In this document: piece after piece, positions 20,439 through 34,304 of the stretch | Layout of the letters: every line of letters starts with the position of its first letter | Position numbering within the stretch: the first letter of the stretch is position 1 | Origin: Macrostomum lignano | Taxonomy: Eukaryota | Direction of reading: 5' to 3' | Length of the DNA stretch: 64,000 nt | Assembly: GCA_002269645.1 (NCBI GenBank) | Contig: NIVC01003992.1 | Span: forward strand, 2,118-66,117 | Notes under the pieces: generated by a model | The model's input: the letters and a program-made list of their open reading frames with translations, nothing else | Databases searched by the model: none | Told to the model about the DNA's origin: nothing | Position numbers and translations under genes: made by a program

Positions 20439-20533
20439 AATCAGCGGTCGCAGCACGTGACAACGATTTGTCTATGGCTCGCGCCTACCGGCGCTCGCCA
20501 GACAATCGTTATCACGCACTGGGACCGCTGATT
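20439..20533 (-). other. ~95-nt stem-loop (imperfect inverted repeat with 35/34-nt arms)
   Basis: Arms 20439-20473 and 20500-20533 are reverse complements with 4 substitutions and 1 bulge. Confidence 0.85.
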
Positions 20534-20607
20534 ATTTATCCATTATTCCGGTTTTCTTTTAGCAGGCGAACCAAAGTTGCTCTCGGGACGGGTTTCCTTC
20601 CCTTTGG

Positions 20608-21162
20608 CTAATCATGCCGCTCACTTGCAGTCTCGGCAAAACCAGAAACATCGTTTTCGTTTTGTACTTTACCACTTACGCGAGTTTGATGCAGAGATGC
20701 TGGAGAATCAGTTCTCTGCTTTGGAAGCGGCCGATGTATTTGCTTTGTTACGGCTTGCTTGTAGAGCTTTAGCGTAGAAATTGCATTCCAAGCAAGTCGA
20801 CTGTGAGCCTCGTGACGATTTTTCGGACACATGTACATGTGGTCCTCGAAGTCATGACTGCATACAACTGCATTCGCCCATTTGTGCTCGAACAGCTTCT
20901 TGCCTATAAGGTCAGCTCGGAATATCCGGCGAGCCCAATCTTCACACCTGTAATGTTAATTATATCAGTCGCAGTTGCTAAATGTAGATAAAGGTACGAA
21001 GGCTTCTACAGAAAGAATGACGAAGTTGGTCATTTCGCAATCTGCAACTCACCGATCACGGTCTGATGGAAACCTGTGGAATCGTGTTCCAGGTGGACAT
21101 TCAAAAGCGTAGTTTGGGCAGCCGTAGGCTGCGCACTGTGTCCGTGATTTTGCAGATGGCAT
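20608..21162 (-). CDS. THAP-domain (C2CH zinc finger) protein. Exons 21053-21162 and 20608-20947 (149 aa if exon 2 is terminal)
   Basis: Spliced product MPSAKSRTQCAAYGCPNYAFECPPGTRFHRFPSDRDR|CEDWARRIFRADLIGKKLFEHKWANAVVCSHDFEDHMY...SRLAWNAISTL matches the THAP pattern C-x4-C, FHxFP, W, VCSxxF, AVPT-like. Donor CG|GTGAGT and acceptor tacag are both phase 2. An in-frame stop lies upstream of the ATG. Confidence 0.85.
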
Positions 21163-22334
21163 AAAGCAATTAGCTTCTCAGCATTTTGCTTAGCAAAAAT
21201 TCTTCTTCCTCTCTTAATACTCAAAGCCACGCAGTCCAAAGCACGGATTTTGTATTATCTAGACGGGTAACTTTGTTGAGACTCTCGCAACATACTAAGC
21301 CTTCGCCTCATAGGCGCTCGCGGAAACCCCGAGGTTTTGGCCATAGACAAACCTATGGCTACTCATTCCTCTTCATTGACAAAGTAGTGTGAGCGCGCAT
21401 CTATTTCTACTCAGTTCTATTCTAAAAAAACGCTGACTGAGCATTCTGTGTAAGTTCTGTGGACGTGGCCTTAACCATCAAGGTCTGGCAAAGTCTACGT
21501 TCGCGCCCAAGCCCTGTGACGCTGTTCTCATTCTGAGACTTCCTACAGCGTATCTTGTGGCGGTTTTATATCTAAACTAGATTCTAACAGAACTTTGTGA
21601 TTTACTTACCGGACTCGGCTGCAGGGGGTTCCGGCATCGGGATACAGCGAGCCCTAGCGACCGCGGGCAGCTGATGTCGCGTAGGGAGATCCGGTGGTGC
21701 CGGCGTCCGCAGCGCGGTCCTCCTCCAGAGAGGGAGCGGACGAGCTGGCAGAGATTCTCGGGCCTGAAAATGTCTGAAGGGTCCAAGTTTTCCCCCAACT
21801 GGGTGAGCCTGTCCTGAGTAAATTAGGTCCTGAGTAGAGACATCGATAAAGTGCTCCGCATTCTCAACACCGAAGCGGCAGAATTTTATTCCCTGGAGGT
21901 AGCGATGCCTTACAATAGGACCCAAGTTTTTTGCATTTGTAAAGCGCATCAGATCAACAGACTTTCTTTGCACCCTAGCAAGATAATGCAGCCCCCCACG
22001 TAGTTATCGTACAAATATACACACACACACACTGACCATCTGTTGATTTCACCTCTATATCAATCGCTCATATCGCATGTATACCGCGCTCTTATCGAGC
22101 TGTTCTTATTTAGTCTGTGCACCAAAGCTGTCCCGTTAAGCCACGCCAGGTGCAGGGAAAAGGAGAGAAGAAGAGCACCTGTCAATCACACTGGCGCCCC
22201 GCCTATGATATCAGAGAGTCATCCCAGCAGCTAGAAGCTACTGTACAGTATAGCGAGCGATTCAGGTGGCTAAAAAGATGGCGACGGCCTTATCTTTGTC
22301 TCTCTCTCTTTCTCGCTCTCTTTTTAAGGGCGGA

Positions 22335-22337
<3 letters not shown>

Positions 22338-22370
<33 letters not shown>
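22338..22370. repeat. (CA)n microsatellite
   Basis: Direct. Confidence 0.95.
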
Positions 22371-22373
<3 letters not shown>

Positions 22374-22699
22374 GGTTCCGGCTTCATCGAGCCCGCAGTC
22401 GACCAACGATAGTCCCTAATACTCGCAATAATGTGAATGTCACTAGTACGTTCGTTAAATACCCAAGGTGTCAGTCATGTGTGCTTGGGGCTGAAGAGTA
22501 AAGGAATCGCATAAATTTCAAGTGGAGGATGTACAAATTTAATGCTTGAGAACTGAATAAATAGCTAAAAAAGGAATACACAAAGATCATAACAGAATCA
22601 GTAACAAAAAATTGAAACCCTGAAAGCAGTTTACAAAGCGCGAAAACAGAGGGAGATTAAAGAGAAAAATCTGAATAATCGAGAGAGACACAGAAGCGG

Positions 22700-23615
22700 G
22701 TAGAGTCACAGAGACGCGAGGAGAGTCACAGAGACGCATGGAAAGAGTCACAGAGACGCGGGGAGAGTCACAGAGACGCGAGGAGAGTCACAGAGATGCG
22801 AGGAGAGTCACAGAGATGCGAGGAGAGTTACAGAGATGCGAGGAGAATCACAGAGACGCGAGGATAATCACAGAGACGCGAGGAGAGTCACAGAGACGCG
22901 AGGAGAGTCACAGAGACGCGAGGAGAGTCACAGAGACGCGAGGAGAGTCACAGAGACGCGAAAAGGGTCACAGAGACGCGAAGAGAGTCACAGAGACGCC
23001 TGGAAAGAGTCACAGAGACGCGAGGAGAGTCACAGAGACGCGAGGAGAGTCACAGAGACGCGAGGAGAGTCACAGAGACGCGAGGAGAGTCACAGAGATG
23101 CGAGTAGAGTCACATTGACGCCGGGGAGAGTCACAGAGACGCGGGGAGAGTCACAGAGACGCGAGGAGAGTCACAGAGACGCCTGGAAAGAGTCACAGAG
23201 ACGCGGGGAGAGTCACAGAGATGCGAGTAGAGTCACAGAGACGCCGGGGAGAGTCACAGAGACGCATGGAAAGAGTCACAGAGATGCGGGGAGAGACACA
23301 GAGACGCGGGGAGAGTCACAGAGATGCGGGGAGAGACACAGAGACGCGGGGAGAGTCACAGAGACGCGAGGAGAGTCACAGAGACGCGAGGAGAGTCACA
23401 GAGATGCGAGGAGAGTCACAGAGATGCGAGGAGAGTCACAGAGACGCGAGGAGAGTCACAGAGACGCGAGGAGAGTCACAGAGATGCGAGTAGAGTCACA
23501 GAGACGCGGGGAGAGTCACAGAGATGCGGGGAGAGACACAGAGACGCGGGGAGAGTCACAGAGATGCGGGGAGAGACACAGAGACGCCGGGGAGAGTCAC
23601 AGAGACGCGAGGGGA
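22700..23615. repeat. 20-bp minisatellite (cgaggagagtcacagagacg)
   Basis: Direct tandem copies visible. Confidence 0.97.
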
Positions 23616-25181
23616 GACAACGACAGAGCAGGCACATGGCAGCAGACGTGGGAAGGAATGCGTGCGGCGTGTACCCCACTCTGACCTCGGATTGGGTCGC
23701 CCAGGGACACGCACGCCACGCCCGCCCCTCTAGTCACCGCATGGGGGGAGTGAAACACCAAATAGAAAGCGGACCCTCTGCACTCCGCAGTTTCCGCGGA
23801 GGCAGCTCCGTCTGCGCCATCCCAGCAGCCAACCGGCAGAACTGCAGCAGCTCCCCAACCCCTGCACATCCGCAGTTCTCGAGCGCCCACGCAATTCGCC
23901 TCGGGCCGGACGGCCTCGTATAAATCGGCGTCTCTTTCATAGGCTGGTAGCTTCCTAAAGCCTAATTCGTGTTTTAAACCTACCTGGCGATCAAGCCTTT
24001 TTGAAAGTATTTCTTGTCCAATGGTTTTGAGGATCAATCGAGGTGAGTATTGTAGGCAGCTAGCTATAAGAAAGTTCAACTTTTTATAATCTCTCATCCC
24101 AAAACCCAGATCCAAAAAGAAGAAATTATCGCGAGAAGCTGGAGGGGCACCATTTTCAGACAGAGCTTTAGTAGGCAAAAAGACGAGAAGAAACCTGGAA
24201 GCTTTCTACAAGTTTATAAATGTTTACAAGAAAAGAGACGGTGCATGGATGCATCTAGATAAGCCAGTTTTTTCAGCTTGTATTTATTATTTGCAAACTA
24301 AGTTCCATAAGCAGTTTGAAGAGAGCCGCCGCCTTAATCATGCTGAACAGAGAGAGGAAGTGAGGCTAAGGCCGATCGTTCACGCTGCCCACTAGGCTTG
24401 CATCAAGGCAATTTCCAGGAATGCGCACTAACACCACGCTTAGCGGTATCCTGTGCATCCGCCGGAGTGGGCAGAGGGAGAGAGAGAGGAGACACAAAAT
24501 GCGGCAGCTGGGATGTGAAATTCGCCAGAAAAATATATTTTGGGGTTTTGCCGGACTGCTTCTGATAAACAGAGCCATACATTGGCCATCGCTTAAACCC
24601 AATTTTGCTGCTGCAATTCCGCATTCCGAATGTTTCTCTCCTAGTTGCTAGCGGCAATTAATTTGAATTCAACCTCAATGCGGACGACAAGCAATAAATT
24701 GTTTATTAGAAGGAAAAATAGCGTATTTCTGTTGGTTATAATACTGTAGATGGGTAAAATCATTGTATATAGTTTATGAGCGTAAAAATGCGCATATTCT
24801 TACCCCTAAGACTTTACACCTGCCTTTATAGCTTGGGTTGCTCCTACACCTGTACTCCTACTGACGGAAGGTGACAAGATTCACTGTGCCGTTTTGTAAT
24901 AAGGTGGTTGGGATTAAGTTACTTTTGAGCTTGCTCTAGTGTTCATTGAGCCCGATTCATCAACTCACTCGTCATTCCTACGTAGCGAAGCCACGTTTCT
25001 ACAGCGACTAGAATTTCTTCATAGTTTTCCATATGTCTACATCTTTGATGACGGCTAATTCGCTAAAAGTACATTTGGCTTGACTTTATCAAGTCCGTAC
25101 TAATGTTCTTAACTTGGCTGATTGTCAATTGGAGCTTATTTTGCTTCTCATTGCTGTGGCTTAGTTATAAATTAGTTTTTT

Positions 25182-25392
25182 TATATCCCGGATGTACAGT
25201 TCTCTATCCCGGATGTACAGTTCTCTATCCCGGATGTACAGTTCTCTATCCCGGATGTACAGTTCTCTATCCCGGATGTACAGTTCTCTATCCCGGATGT
25301 ACAGTTCTCTATCCCGGATAGACAATTCTCTACCCCGGATGTACAGTTCTCTAACCCCGGATGGACAATTCTCTACCCCGGATGTACAGTTC
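25182..25392. repeat. 21-bp minisatellite (tctctatcccggatgtacagt)
   Basis: Direct tandem copies visible. Confidence 0.96.
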
Positions 25393-26091
25393 TGCACGTA
25401 CTATCAATGTAGTTCTTTTAGTTCTTTGCGTACTCTGAATGTACACTATATAGTTCTCCATCCCGAACGTAAAGCGCTCAGTTTTTCATCCTGTTTAAAA
25501 CAATGCGTCACTCTCAACTCTATCAAATTAGAAAAAGCCATTTTCAGCCTCATTCCTGAAATCAGCATCAGAGCAGGAACCATGCGGCATACAGTTTTAA
25601 TATTCACTAAATCGGTTTCGGATGACTGCGTTTCCACACGCGTTGATTTTCGCTTTTAATCAGATTGTATCGCAGCAAAACCAGCTGCCTCAGCGTCCCT
25701 GCAGTTGGCATTGATTCCCTATCAGCGGTGTAGCTGGTTTGAAGGAAATCGAGGAGAGACATTGTAGCTAACAGTGATCTCAAAAAAGCGGGGCGCATGA
25801 CCGGTCACCCAGACAGAACGCGGAACCCACGCGAGCATGCTGCACAGGCAGAGAGAGAAATCGACAAAAGGGGCAGTGATAATATAAAAATAAAAATTGT
25901 TGCTTTCTGATCAATACAGCCAGGGAGACACAGAGCCAGAACCCGGAGTGCTGAATCTTTGACTCAAAATCGGTGTAGAATCAGAAAAAAACTTAGATCG
26001 GGACTAGCTCATAAGTATTGGTTGGATTGCTTAGAATGTAAATGATCTTTCTCTGAGACTACGCAGAATCTTTTTAGGCTGGAAAGTTGTA

Positions 26092-26690
26092 GCCAGGTTC
26101 TGGTTCCATGCAGATCTCCATGATCTTGTCAAGCCAGGTTCTGGTTCTAGATCTCCATGATCTTGTCGAGCTAGGTTCTGATTCCAGATCTCCATGATCT
26201 AGTCAAGCTAGTTTCTTGTTCTAGATCTCCATGATCTTGTCGAGCCAGGTTCTTGTTCCAGATCTCCATGATCTAGTCAAGCTAGGTTCTGATTCCAGAT
26301 CTCCATGATCTAGTCAAGCTAGTTTCTTGTTCCAGATCTCCATGATCTAGTCAAGCTAGGTTCTGATTCCAGATCTCCATGATCTAGTCAAGCTAGTTTC
26401 TTGTTCTAGATCTCCATGATCTAGTCAAGCTAGTTTCTTGTTCCAGATCTCCATGATCTAGTCAAGCTAGGTTCTGATTCCAGATCTCCATGATCTAGTC
26501 AAGCTAGTTTCTTGTTCCAGATCTCCATGATCTAGTCAAGCTAGGTTCTGATTCCAGATCTCCATGATCTAGTCAAGCTAGGTTCTGATTCCAGATCTCC
26601 ATGATCTGGTCAAGCTAGGTTCTTGTTCCAGATCTCCATGATCTAGTCGAGCCAGCTTCTGGTTCCAGATCTCCATGATGTAGTCGAGTT
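26092..26690. repeat. 37-bp minisatellite (gctaggttctgattccagatctccatgatctagtcaa)
   Basis: Direct tandem copies visible. Confidence 0.96.
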
Positions 26691-28130
26691 AGGGAAATCG
26701 AGCTAGAGAAAGGTAATGAATTGAGGAGTCGAGACCGCAAGTCCTTTGTTGCGGCTGCTGTGCCTTTGTAAAATAAGGAGGCAAGCCTTTGAAGCTAAAA
26801 TATCCATAACCCCTAGAGCCATAACTCAACGGAAAGAGTGAAGTGGAAAGCTAAGGGACAGAAACAGAACACATGGGAGTCTTCAAACCAGGAAAAATTG
26901 CACTTTAGCTCAAGGAGTTCCTAACTAAGACTGACTGAAACTTGCCTGAGCAGGGGGAAATTTTGCTGTTTTTTCCAATTCCAATTCATTCGAGTCGAGA
27001 CAGAAAATCTTCTTCGCGATACATTCGAGTTCCCAGTTGCGTCGTAAAACTAGTGGATGCGTACGCTCGATGGCAGCCGCAAATCCCGGGACAGACCGGC
27101 AGACCAGACTTGAGCCGGAGCATCTTCTGTGGGCCCGGCCCTCCCATAGTGAAATAATGGGAAGAAAGAAAGAGAAAGGCTTATCCCGTTAATCCTTAAT
27201 TAATTTGCTTGACATGCACGAGTAAGACGGCCCCCAGGTTCCGAGACCCGTCAGTCTGGGAGGGGATCGAGCCACAATTGTCGGGCACCCCGTCTCTCTC
27301 TCTGCCTCTACCTGAATCTCTTCTTCTTTCCAACGGTCATGTTTTCTCCGTTCAATGTCGTCCTAATCTGTAGCCGACTCAGCTAGGGAGAGACTGCACT
27401 TTACCCGCGAAGCTCGGATCCCGGAAGGTATATCAATGTCTTTCGTTTCAGATGAACTAGAACGGGCTCGCTTTATAGGCTAATGTCAGCATGACATGCC
27501 ACTGAGAATCAATCAGAAGTCTTTTACAGAACAGAGCAATCACGACATTCTTTTTCCAACCTAATTAGTCACTAGCCATATTTTTTTCTGCATTAGAGTC
27601 TGTCTAGCTACTTAAGACTCTGCTCTTCAGCATACAAACTCACAAGGTAGACATTGCCTGTGTTTGCCCAAAACCCTTTCCCCTCTTATTTGGTGAATCA
27701 CGATGAGACGCTACTCAGCCGAGTTTTCAGTCTTCAACTCTCGGGATATGAGCTCGAGGATGACAGAGGGGGAAGCAGGGAAGGGGGGACGCGCAAAAAA
27801 CACGCAGACTCCGAGAAAAGATGCGGCCATGTCAGGGCCCGAGTAGCTGGGCGGGCAGGAAGGGATGGGACAGAAATGGCACGGGGAATATTGCAGATTA
27901 GGACCCGCGGCTTATCGCGTGAGGTAGCCGAGTCTCCGGGGCTGATTATTGCAAACGAAACTCGACGGGTCTGGGGGAGAGAAGAACAGAGGCGAACGAG
28001 TCGACTGTTTCAAGACCCTCTGCTCTGTCTCTTCGTCTGCTGCCCCATCTGACCATTGCCACAGATGCGTCTCCCAGACCTTGCGTAACGGTGATGGGTG
28101 ACCGTGGCAAAGCTATTCTAGCTTCTGTTT

Positions 28131-28451
<321 letters not shown>

Positions 28452-28954
28452 AGTGCGAGCCCATTGATGACTGTCCCGCGCATCACATACTACTAGCGGA
28501 TCGCAGCACCTCAGCCCCATTGGATTCCTGCTGACTGTTCGCTGCCACCTTCCCCCTGACTGGCGTTTCAGGGGCTGGCCTGGCCAATCGTTTTTCTTCT
28601 CCTTGCTCAAATCCTGTTCCAATCGCATTGGAGACTTTGAGCAGACACACACTGACGGTGACGGGGGAACCGAGAGCCGTAGGGAAGGGAAGCAGTGGGA
28701 AGCCTGCCCAGATTTCAAGTATGGGAGACGGTTGCTACTTAGTCTGCTACTCTGGGAAGGGGCGGTGGATGTTGCACAGTTGCTGACTTTGTTCCTGTTG
28801 TATTCCCACTCAGCCCCAGAGATTATAGATGCAATGCTGGCCTGAATCTCAATCATGCCAGATGCTCCTCTTTGTATTGCATTCAGCTACAGACTTACTG
28901 ACGGACTGATTTTGTTCCGACTCGAGAGCGACCGCGTTTTACAGTGCTGCTGCG

Positions 28955-28988
<34 letters not shown>

Positions 28989-29116
28989 CGGCAGGGGAGC
29001 AAAGCTGACCGAAGTTGGAATTGAGACGATATGATGATGCTCCGCTGTTGCGGTGCGAGTTACTGTTGAGGCCAGGACAAGCTCTCGGTGAGAACTCGGG
29101 TCGCATTGTCTGGAGC

Positions 29117-30335
29117 TGTCAGTGGACAATATCGATAGGATTTCAGTGGACAATGTCTATAGGGTATCAGTGGCCAATTTCTATGTGATATCAGTGGACA
29201 ATGTCCATGGGATATCTTGGCCATCAGTGGACAATGTCTATGGGATATCAGTGGCCAATTTCTATGTGATATCAGTGGCCAATATCGATAGGATATCAGT
29301 AGACAATGTCTATAGGATGTCAGTGGACAATGTCGAGGGATATCAGTGGACAATGTCTATAGGATATCAGTGGACAATGTCTATAGGATATCAGTGACCA
29401 ATGTCTATAGGATGTCAGTGGACAATGTCTATGGGATAGCAGTGGACAATGTCTATAGGATGTCAGTGGACAATGTCTATGGGATAGCAGTGGACAATGT
29501 CTTTAGTATATCAGTGGACAATGTCTATGGGATATCAGTGGACAATGTCTATAGGATATCAGTGGACAATGTCTATAGGATATCAGTGGCCAATGTCTAT
29601 AGGATGTCAGTGGACAATGTCTATGGGATAGCAGTAAACAATGTCTATAGGACATCAGTGGACAATGTCTTTAGTATATCAGTGGACAATGTCTAGGGGA
29701 TATCAGTGGAAACAATGTCTATAGGATATCAGTGAAAACAATGTCTATAGGATATCAGTGGAAACAATGTCTATAGGATATCAGTGGACAATATCTATAG
29801 GATATCAGTAGACAATGTCTTTAGTATATCAGTGGACAATGTCTATGGATATCAGTGCACAATGTCTATAGGATATCAGTGGACAATGTCTATGGGATAT
29901 CAGTAGACAATGTCTTTAGGATATCAGTGAACAATGTCTATGGGATAGCAGTGGACAATGTCTATAGGATATCAGTGAACAATGTCTATGGGATAGCAGT
30001 GGACAATGTCTATAGGATGTCAGTGGACAATGTCTATAGGATATCAGTGGACAATATCTATAGGATATCAGTAGACAATGTCTTTAGTATATCAGTGGAC
30101 AATGTCTAGGGGATATCAGTAGACAATGTCTTTAGGATATCAGTGAACAATGTCTATGGGATAGCAGTGGACAATGTCTATAGGATATCAGTGGACAATG
30201 TCTATAGGATATCAGTGGACAATGTCTATAGGATATCAGTGGACAATGTCTATAGGATATCAGTAGAGAATGTCTTAAGTATATCAGTAGACAGTGTCTT
30301 TAGGATATCAGTGGACAATGTCTATCAGTGGACAA
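29117..30335. repeat. 24-bp minisatellite (atgtctataggatatcagtggaca)
   Basis: Direct tandem copies visible. Confidence 0.97.
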
Positions 30336-30949
30336 TATGGAGAAGTTAAAAAGCATTAAATTAAGAAAAAAATAGAAAGAACTTTTTATAGGGCCTAGAA
30401 TTTATTCGGCAGATTTTTCGAATCTCAAATATGCCATTATATAATATAGTACCACCACTGCCTATTGTACCTACTAATTTCAATTAGATTAACTAGAACC
30501 AGGGCTCCCAGCCCGCATAGGACAGGCATCGCGTTGCCTTACACACCAGAGCTGTAATGTATTCATGGGCTCAAATGAGATTGCCGATCAGGCTTAGGGA
30601 CAGGGGCAGAGGGAGAGATGAAAAATGCTACGAACGGCCGGCCTGTCTGCAGCAGAAATAAAACGAGAAGCAAGGGGGTCTGACATTGGTGCCTCGGGCT
30701 TGAGCAGGGAGAGAGGGGGCAGAGAAAGGGGAGAGCGGATGTGTCAAGTCGTGGGGGCGTCCATTAAGCACTGGAGGGAGCGCAGGAGCGTTTTGGCTCA
30801 TTGTTGGATCTCCTGCTCTGTGTGTTCCTCCCTTTCGCCAGTCATGGCTGTAAAAGCAGCAGATTTTGAGTGCTTTCTCATTAATCTCCCGGCTCCTTGG
30901 GCTCGTTTTTGTCTAATTCGTCTCTTCCTTAGCGTGAGAATTCCCAGAA

Positions 30950-31160
30950 AGTCTCTGAAAGCCTCATGGAAATCTTACAGTAAGCCACAAAGAAAATCTC
31001 AGAAATATTACGGGAAGTCTCTTAGGAAATCTCAGAAATCTTACGGGAAGTCTCACAGGAAATCTCAGAAATCTTACAGTAAGCCTCACAGGAAATCTCA
31101 GAAATCTTACGGGAAGTTTCACAGGAAATCCCACGGAAAAATCTACAAGAAATCTCATTG
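30950..31160. repeat. 33-bp minisatellite (cacaggaaatctcagaaatcttacgggaagtct)
   Basis: About six imperfect copies. Confidence 0.9.
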
Positions 31161-32559
31161 AGAATCTCACAGTTTTCTATTCTGTAGCCGCGGAAATTTT
31201 CCTGACATTTTGCTGCATTCTCTGCTGTGTCAAAAACACAGGCGACCCTCATGGCTGATTTGTTAATTAAAGACCCAGTGCCAATTGTCTTCTTGCAATA
31301 ACCATCGCTGTAACAATGGAGAAAGGCTACTGCTTCCTGTCTGCCCAGCAACCAAGCGGGGGGGACCGATTGAAGTGCAGCATAAATATTCACACCCCTC
31401 GGTAAAGCCGCGGCGGTGCTTATATTCAAGGGATAAAAAATATAGACACGGGAAAAAGATAGACAGCTAGCTAGAATTGAAGCAAATTGTAAGCGACTGA
31501 CTGCTTGGCTCCGAGATTGCCGGGGAGACTGGCGCGCTCTCTCTCTCTCCCTCTCCCTCTCTCTCTCTCTCTAATCAAAACCGGGCACAACTCCGGCCCC
31601 GCGCAGCTGCTCTCGTGAGCCGCGCGGGTCGCCCAGGACTTAATGAGATTCGAGAAGTTCGGCAGCCCTACCCCACTGACCAGGCATGGGACGCTGGGTG
31701 CCCCCCGTCCCCCTCGGGGGGGGGGGGGGTCCCGCCCGTGTTGAGCGAAGTTGATGATGATGGATTAAGTAAAGCGGCTTTGTTTCCCCCCGGAGGGCCA
31801 GCCCCGCAAAATCCCATTCTCTCTGCTCCCATCTCTCCTTGTGGGGGCAACTTCCTCTGTCCCAAACTCTCCACTTGAATTTCGCTCATTCATAAGCTGG
31901 CAAAGGTCCGCAGTGGGGCACAGGCATCTTCCGTAATCTGACGGGCTCAGATAATTCTTTTATAAGCCGTCGCCTTTCCTGAGCCAGAAATAAATAAATA
32001 AAAGTCTGCTAAGTCGTCTATTGTTCATAAATAAATGTCAAAGTATTAGTTGCTTTTAATATCCACCTCCGTAGCTTCACACTCAGAAAAAAAGATTTAA
32101 ACTCGAATCGAATCTTTAATCATGTCTCCAAGCATGATACGCTTGCATAGGCGCGGGTTGATCCAGGCGCAGGATCTGCAGCAGTCGCCGGCCATCCATC
32201 AGAAGCACGCCGGGCAGCCGATCGTAAATCTAATGAGGATGTTCCCCGGCTCTCAGAGAATCTTCTTTCGGTGGGGTGTCGTCTCACTCTCTCTTTTCTA
32301 CTCCCCACCGAAAGGGATGAATGCTGTTCTCACTGACTGAGCTGAGAGCTGCAAGCATGACGTGGATCCTCCTGCATTCCCAATTCGGGTACTTGGGGAG
32401 GACCCAGCGCTTTGTGGACGCAGGATCCTAATGCAATCAGTGTCACCGCTGCGACTCCTATAGCTCTCTCTCCGCTAATCTCTCATTTTATCTTCAATAC
32501 ACAGTCTTTTTCCACTTATTTCTCACACGCTTTCACACCTCTACTGTCTCTTTCTCTCA

Positions 32560-32900
32560 TACCCTCTCTCCCACCCTCTCTCCTATCCTCCCTCTCACCC
32601 TCTCCCCCAGCCTCTCCCCTATCCTCTCCTCTACCCTTTCCCTACCCTCTCCCCTATCCTTTCCTCACCCTCTCTTCCATCCTCTCCCCTACCCTCTCCC
32701 AGCCTCTCCCCTATCCTCTCCTCTACCCTTTCCCTACCCTCTCCCCTATCCTTTCCTCACCCTCTCTTCCATCCTCTCCCCTACCCTCTCCCAGCCTCTG
32801 CCCTACCCTTTCCCCTACCCTCTGCCCTACCCTCTGCCCTACCCTGTCCCTACCCTCTCCTCTCACTCTCTCCCATCCGCTCCCCTACCCTCTCCAATAC
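32560..32900. repeat. Polypyrimidine low-complexity tract with an internal ~90-bp tandem duplication
   Basis: Nearly all C/T; the block near 32608 recurs near 32698. Confidence 0.85.
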
Positions 32901-33342
32901 ACTACCCTTCCCTCTCTTGTTTCTCTGGGGTCTTCTGCCCATTTCTCATGCTATTTTTTTATTATATACCCAATTGCTGCTTATTTTCACACATTAGGGG
33001 CATTTTAAACCAAAAATTAAAACTATTTCGAGCGTACCTACTAGTTCAGTCTGGTAACTTAATAGTGTTGCTCATTCTCTCTTGCTCAAGTCTTATTCTT
33101 CTCATCTCCCAGTGCGCCACGCCCAGTTGCAGAATCTCCCCCGGGCATTTGCGGCGGAGGTTTCATAGGAGCGGTGCGATTGAAAAAATTATATTGGGAC
33201 AGAGAGAGGGGGGGGAGATGTAGGGGGCTTTGACTCGCGCTTTTGCCTGCCTAAGCTGCCTCCCCTATAGTTTCGGTGGCTACTGCAGACTCACTGTATC
33301 GAGTCACGCTCGTTCGTGACGGTCCGACAAGCGCACCGCCTG

Positions 33343-33498
<156 letters not shown>

Positions 33499-34304
33499 AA
33501 GGGAGATTTAATTTTTTGTGGGGATTATTAAGAAATCCGTGCTCATATTGCCTTTTATCTCTCTTTCCGACACGGAAAAGTCATTAAAAAGTTTTTTATT
33601 CTGGCTCATTTTCTTGGTTGCTTAATTAGTGGATTGGAGAAGTTATTAGAGGAGGCTGAGCTTTGGAAATTTATTAGAGAGGAGAGAGGGAGAGGGAAGG
33701 AGAGAAAAGGGAGAGTGAAGAGGAGAGGAGAGACAAGAGAGAGGAGAGGAGAGGAGAGGGGAGAGAGGAGAGGAGAGAGAGAGGAGAGGAGAGACGACAG
33801 CTAAGACACCACAGTCCCCAGACTCCACAGGGGTTTCCCACAGGGAAGCAAGAGGCGGCAGACTTGAGTGTGCCGCAAAATTGATGCCACGATCGCTGCA
33901 CCCAATCCATTGCAGACTGTCGCATCCCAAGCAGGGAGTACTTGGACTCAAAAAACCGCCCCTGGGGGTGAGTAGGCCGGTATAGCTGGGACTTTCTCCC
34001 AGCCTACAATAATCCTAGTGGCAGCCGCTGGCCCAGTGGAATAATGATCAGCTGCAGTATCAGAACCCCTCGATATCAGGGATAAGTGAGGCAATGGGGT
34101 CCGTCAACCCCTTCTCCAACTCCGGACCCCAGTGCAAGCCGCTGCAAGTAATGGGGTATGCAAATTTTCCATGGGTATTCATTCCCTTGCCATCATTTTT
34201 GCGGACAATTTTTGTGTCAGAGCGAAAGCTCCGACTGAATGATTCTTCCATAATGTCTGACTTGCAAGTCAATGAATTATGGAGGCTTCTGCTGTTGAGA
34301 ATTG

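Noticed and set aside
30490-30570. tRNA-like anticodon arm on the minus strand
   Set aside because: The T arm and acceptor stem are broken, so it is not a tRNA. At most a degraded SINE head.
30625-31161. Lys/Ser/Tyr/His-rich repeat ORF (HRKSQKSYGKS), superficially like basic bioadhesive repeats
   Set aside because: Only about six units of an A-rich 33-bp repeat. The N-terminal part looks non-coding and has no signal peptide or clear splice sites.
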